From a virus (taxonomy: Duplodnaviria; Heunggongvirae; Uroviricota; Caudoviricetes), in IMG/VR virus record IMGVR_UViG_2675903278_000006: a DNA stretch of 7,446 bases. One strand, given 5' to 3'. Under the pieces are notes generated by a model. That model ran no database searches. It had not been told where the DNA came from and saw only the letters and a program-made list of their open reading frames with translations. Of this stretch, positions 6,211 to 7,446 are shown piece by piece; the stretch's first letter is position 1, and each line of letters starts with the position of its first letter. A program made the position numbers and the translations under genes.

Positions 6211-7446
6211 ATGTCTAAATTACCAACAGGTGTCGAGATTAGAGGTAGATACATTCGCATCTGGTTCATGTTTCGAGGAAAACGATGTCGGGAAACATTA
6301 AAAGGCTGGGAGATTACAAACAGTAATATTAAAAAGGCCGGAAATTTAAGAGCGCTGATAGTTCATGAAATAAACTCCGGTGAATTTGAGTATTTAAGAC
6401 GTTTTCCCCAGTCCAGCACTGGGGCAAAAATGGTGACAACGAGAGTCATAAAAACGTTCGGAGAGCTTTGTGATATCTGGACAAAAATTAAAGAGACAGA
6501 GTTAACAACAAACACAATGAAGAAAACGAAATCACAATTAAAAACACTCAGAATAATAATTTGTGAAAGTACCCCGATATCACATATTCGTTATAGCGAT
6601 ATCTTAAACTACCGGAATGAACTGCTGCATGGAGAAACGCTTTACCTGGATAATCCAAGATCCAACAAAAAAGGAAGAACCGTGCGCACAGTTGATAACT
6701 ATATCGCCCTGCTCTGTTCGCTGTTGCGTTTTGCGTATCAGTCGGGATTTATATCAACCAAACCATTTGAAGGAGTAAAAAAATTACAGCGAAACAGAAT
6801 AAAGCCTGATCCGTTATCTAAAACAGAATTCAATGCATTAATGGAAAGTGAAAAAGGACAGAGCCAGAACTTGTGGAAATTTGCCGTTTACTCAGGACTT
6901 CGTCACGGGGAACTGGCAGCTCTGGCGTGGGAGGATGTGGATCTCGAAAAGGGAATAGTGAATGTCAGAAGAAACCTGACGATACTTGATATGTTCGGTC
7001 CCCCAAAAACAAATGCCGGGATCCGAACAGTAACACTACTGCAGCCTGCTCTTGAAGCACTGAAGGAGCAATACAAACTGACCGGGCATCATCGCAAAAG
7101 CGAAATCACCTTTTATCATCGGGAGTACGGCAGAACCGAAAAGCAAAAACTGCATTTTGTTTTCATGCCCAGGATGTGTAACGGAAAACAAAAACCTTAT
7201 TACTCGGTAAGCAGTTTGGGGGCAAGGTGGAATGCAGCAGTAAAACGTGCTGGTATTCGCCGCCGTAATCCGTACCATACGCGGCATACTTTTGCCTGCT
7301 GGCTGTTGACGGCAGGAGCGAACCCGGCATTTATAGCCAGCCAAATGGGGCATGAAACTGCGCAGATGGTGTATGAAATTTACGGTATGTGGATTGATGA
7401 CATGAACGACGAACAGATAGCCATGTTGAATGCGCGGTTATCGTAG
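6211..7446 (+). CDS. intR: IntR, tyrosine recombinase / phage integrase (411 aa)
   Basis: A 411-codon ORF whose start is 1 nt after the xisR stop (TGATATG). The C-terminal region carries tyrosine-recombinase hallmarks (RHGELAALAWEDVD, then HTRHTFACWLL, then VYEIYGMW with the presumptive catalytic Tyr). The window ends at its TAG stop. Confidence 0.93.
   Translation: MSKLPTGVEIRGRYIRIWFMFRGKRCRETLKGWEITNSNIKKAGNLRALIVHEINSGEFEYLRRFPQSSTGAKMVTTRVIKTFGELCDIWTKIKETELTTNTMKKTKSQLKTLRIIICESTPISHIRYSDILNYRNELLHGETLYLDNPRSNKKGRTVRTVDNYIALLCSLLRFAYQSGFISTKPFEGVKKLQRNRIKPDPLSKTEFNALMESEKGQSQNLWKFAVYSGLRHGELAALAWEDVDLEKGIVNVRRNLTILDMFGPPKTNAGIRTVTLLQPALEALKEQYKLTGHHRKSEITFYHREYGRTEKQKLHFVFMPRMCNGKQKPYYSVSSLGARWNAAVKRAGIRRRNPYHTRHTFACWLLTAGANPAFIASQMGHETAQMVYEIYGMWIDDMNDEQIAMLNARLS

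Noticed and set aside
7036-7353. ORF-track - strand ORF of 105 aa
   Set aside because: It lies wholly inside intR on the opposite strand, and the integrase frame is unambiguous.
1-7446. CRISPR array, tRNA, rRNA or a prophage attachment site
   Set aside because: There are no regularly spaced direct repeats and no tRNA-like or rRNA-like segments. The window ends at the intR stop codon, so any attachment-site core beyond intR is not present.

Overview
This window is the recombination/integration arm of a Rac-type lambdoid prophage of Escherichia coli, and it is a well-characterised region rather than a clearly novel system. The operon kilR-ydaE-racC-recE-recT-ralR-ydaC-xisR-intR runs left to right on the + strand (1217-7446), with sieB divergent on the - strand (291-776). 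Identifications rest on my recognition of the translated proteins and on start codons supported by Shine-Dalgarno sequences; no database search was possible. The most notable feature is that the first 295 bp are not prophage DNA but the left end of an IS1 element (terminal inverted repeat at 273-295, insA on the - strand running off the window edge). It is inserted at the extreme 3' end of sieB, so the sieB stop codon lies inside the IS1 terminus. The ORF track misses ydaE (56 codons) and the partial insA, and over-extends the 5' ends of kilR, racC, recT, ralR, ydaC and xisR. Several ORF-track 'M' starts are actually GTG or TTG. Other observations are several translationally coupled gene junctions, two strong inverted repeats flanking the kilR-racC block, a 16-bp perfect palindrome upstream of xisR-intR, and an in-frame open stretch upstream of sieB. 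No CRISPR array, tRNA or rRNA is visible. The immunity region and the attachment site lie outside the window.
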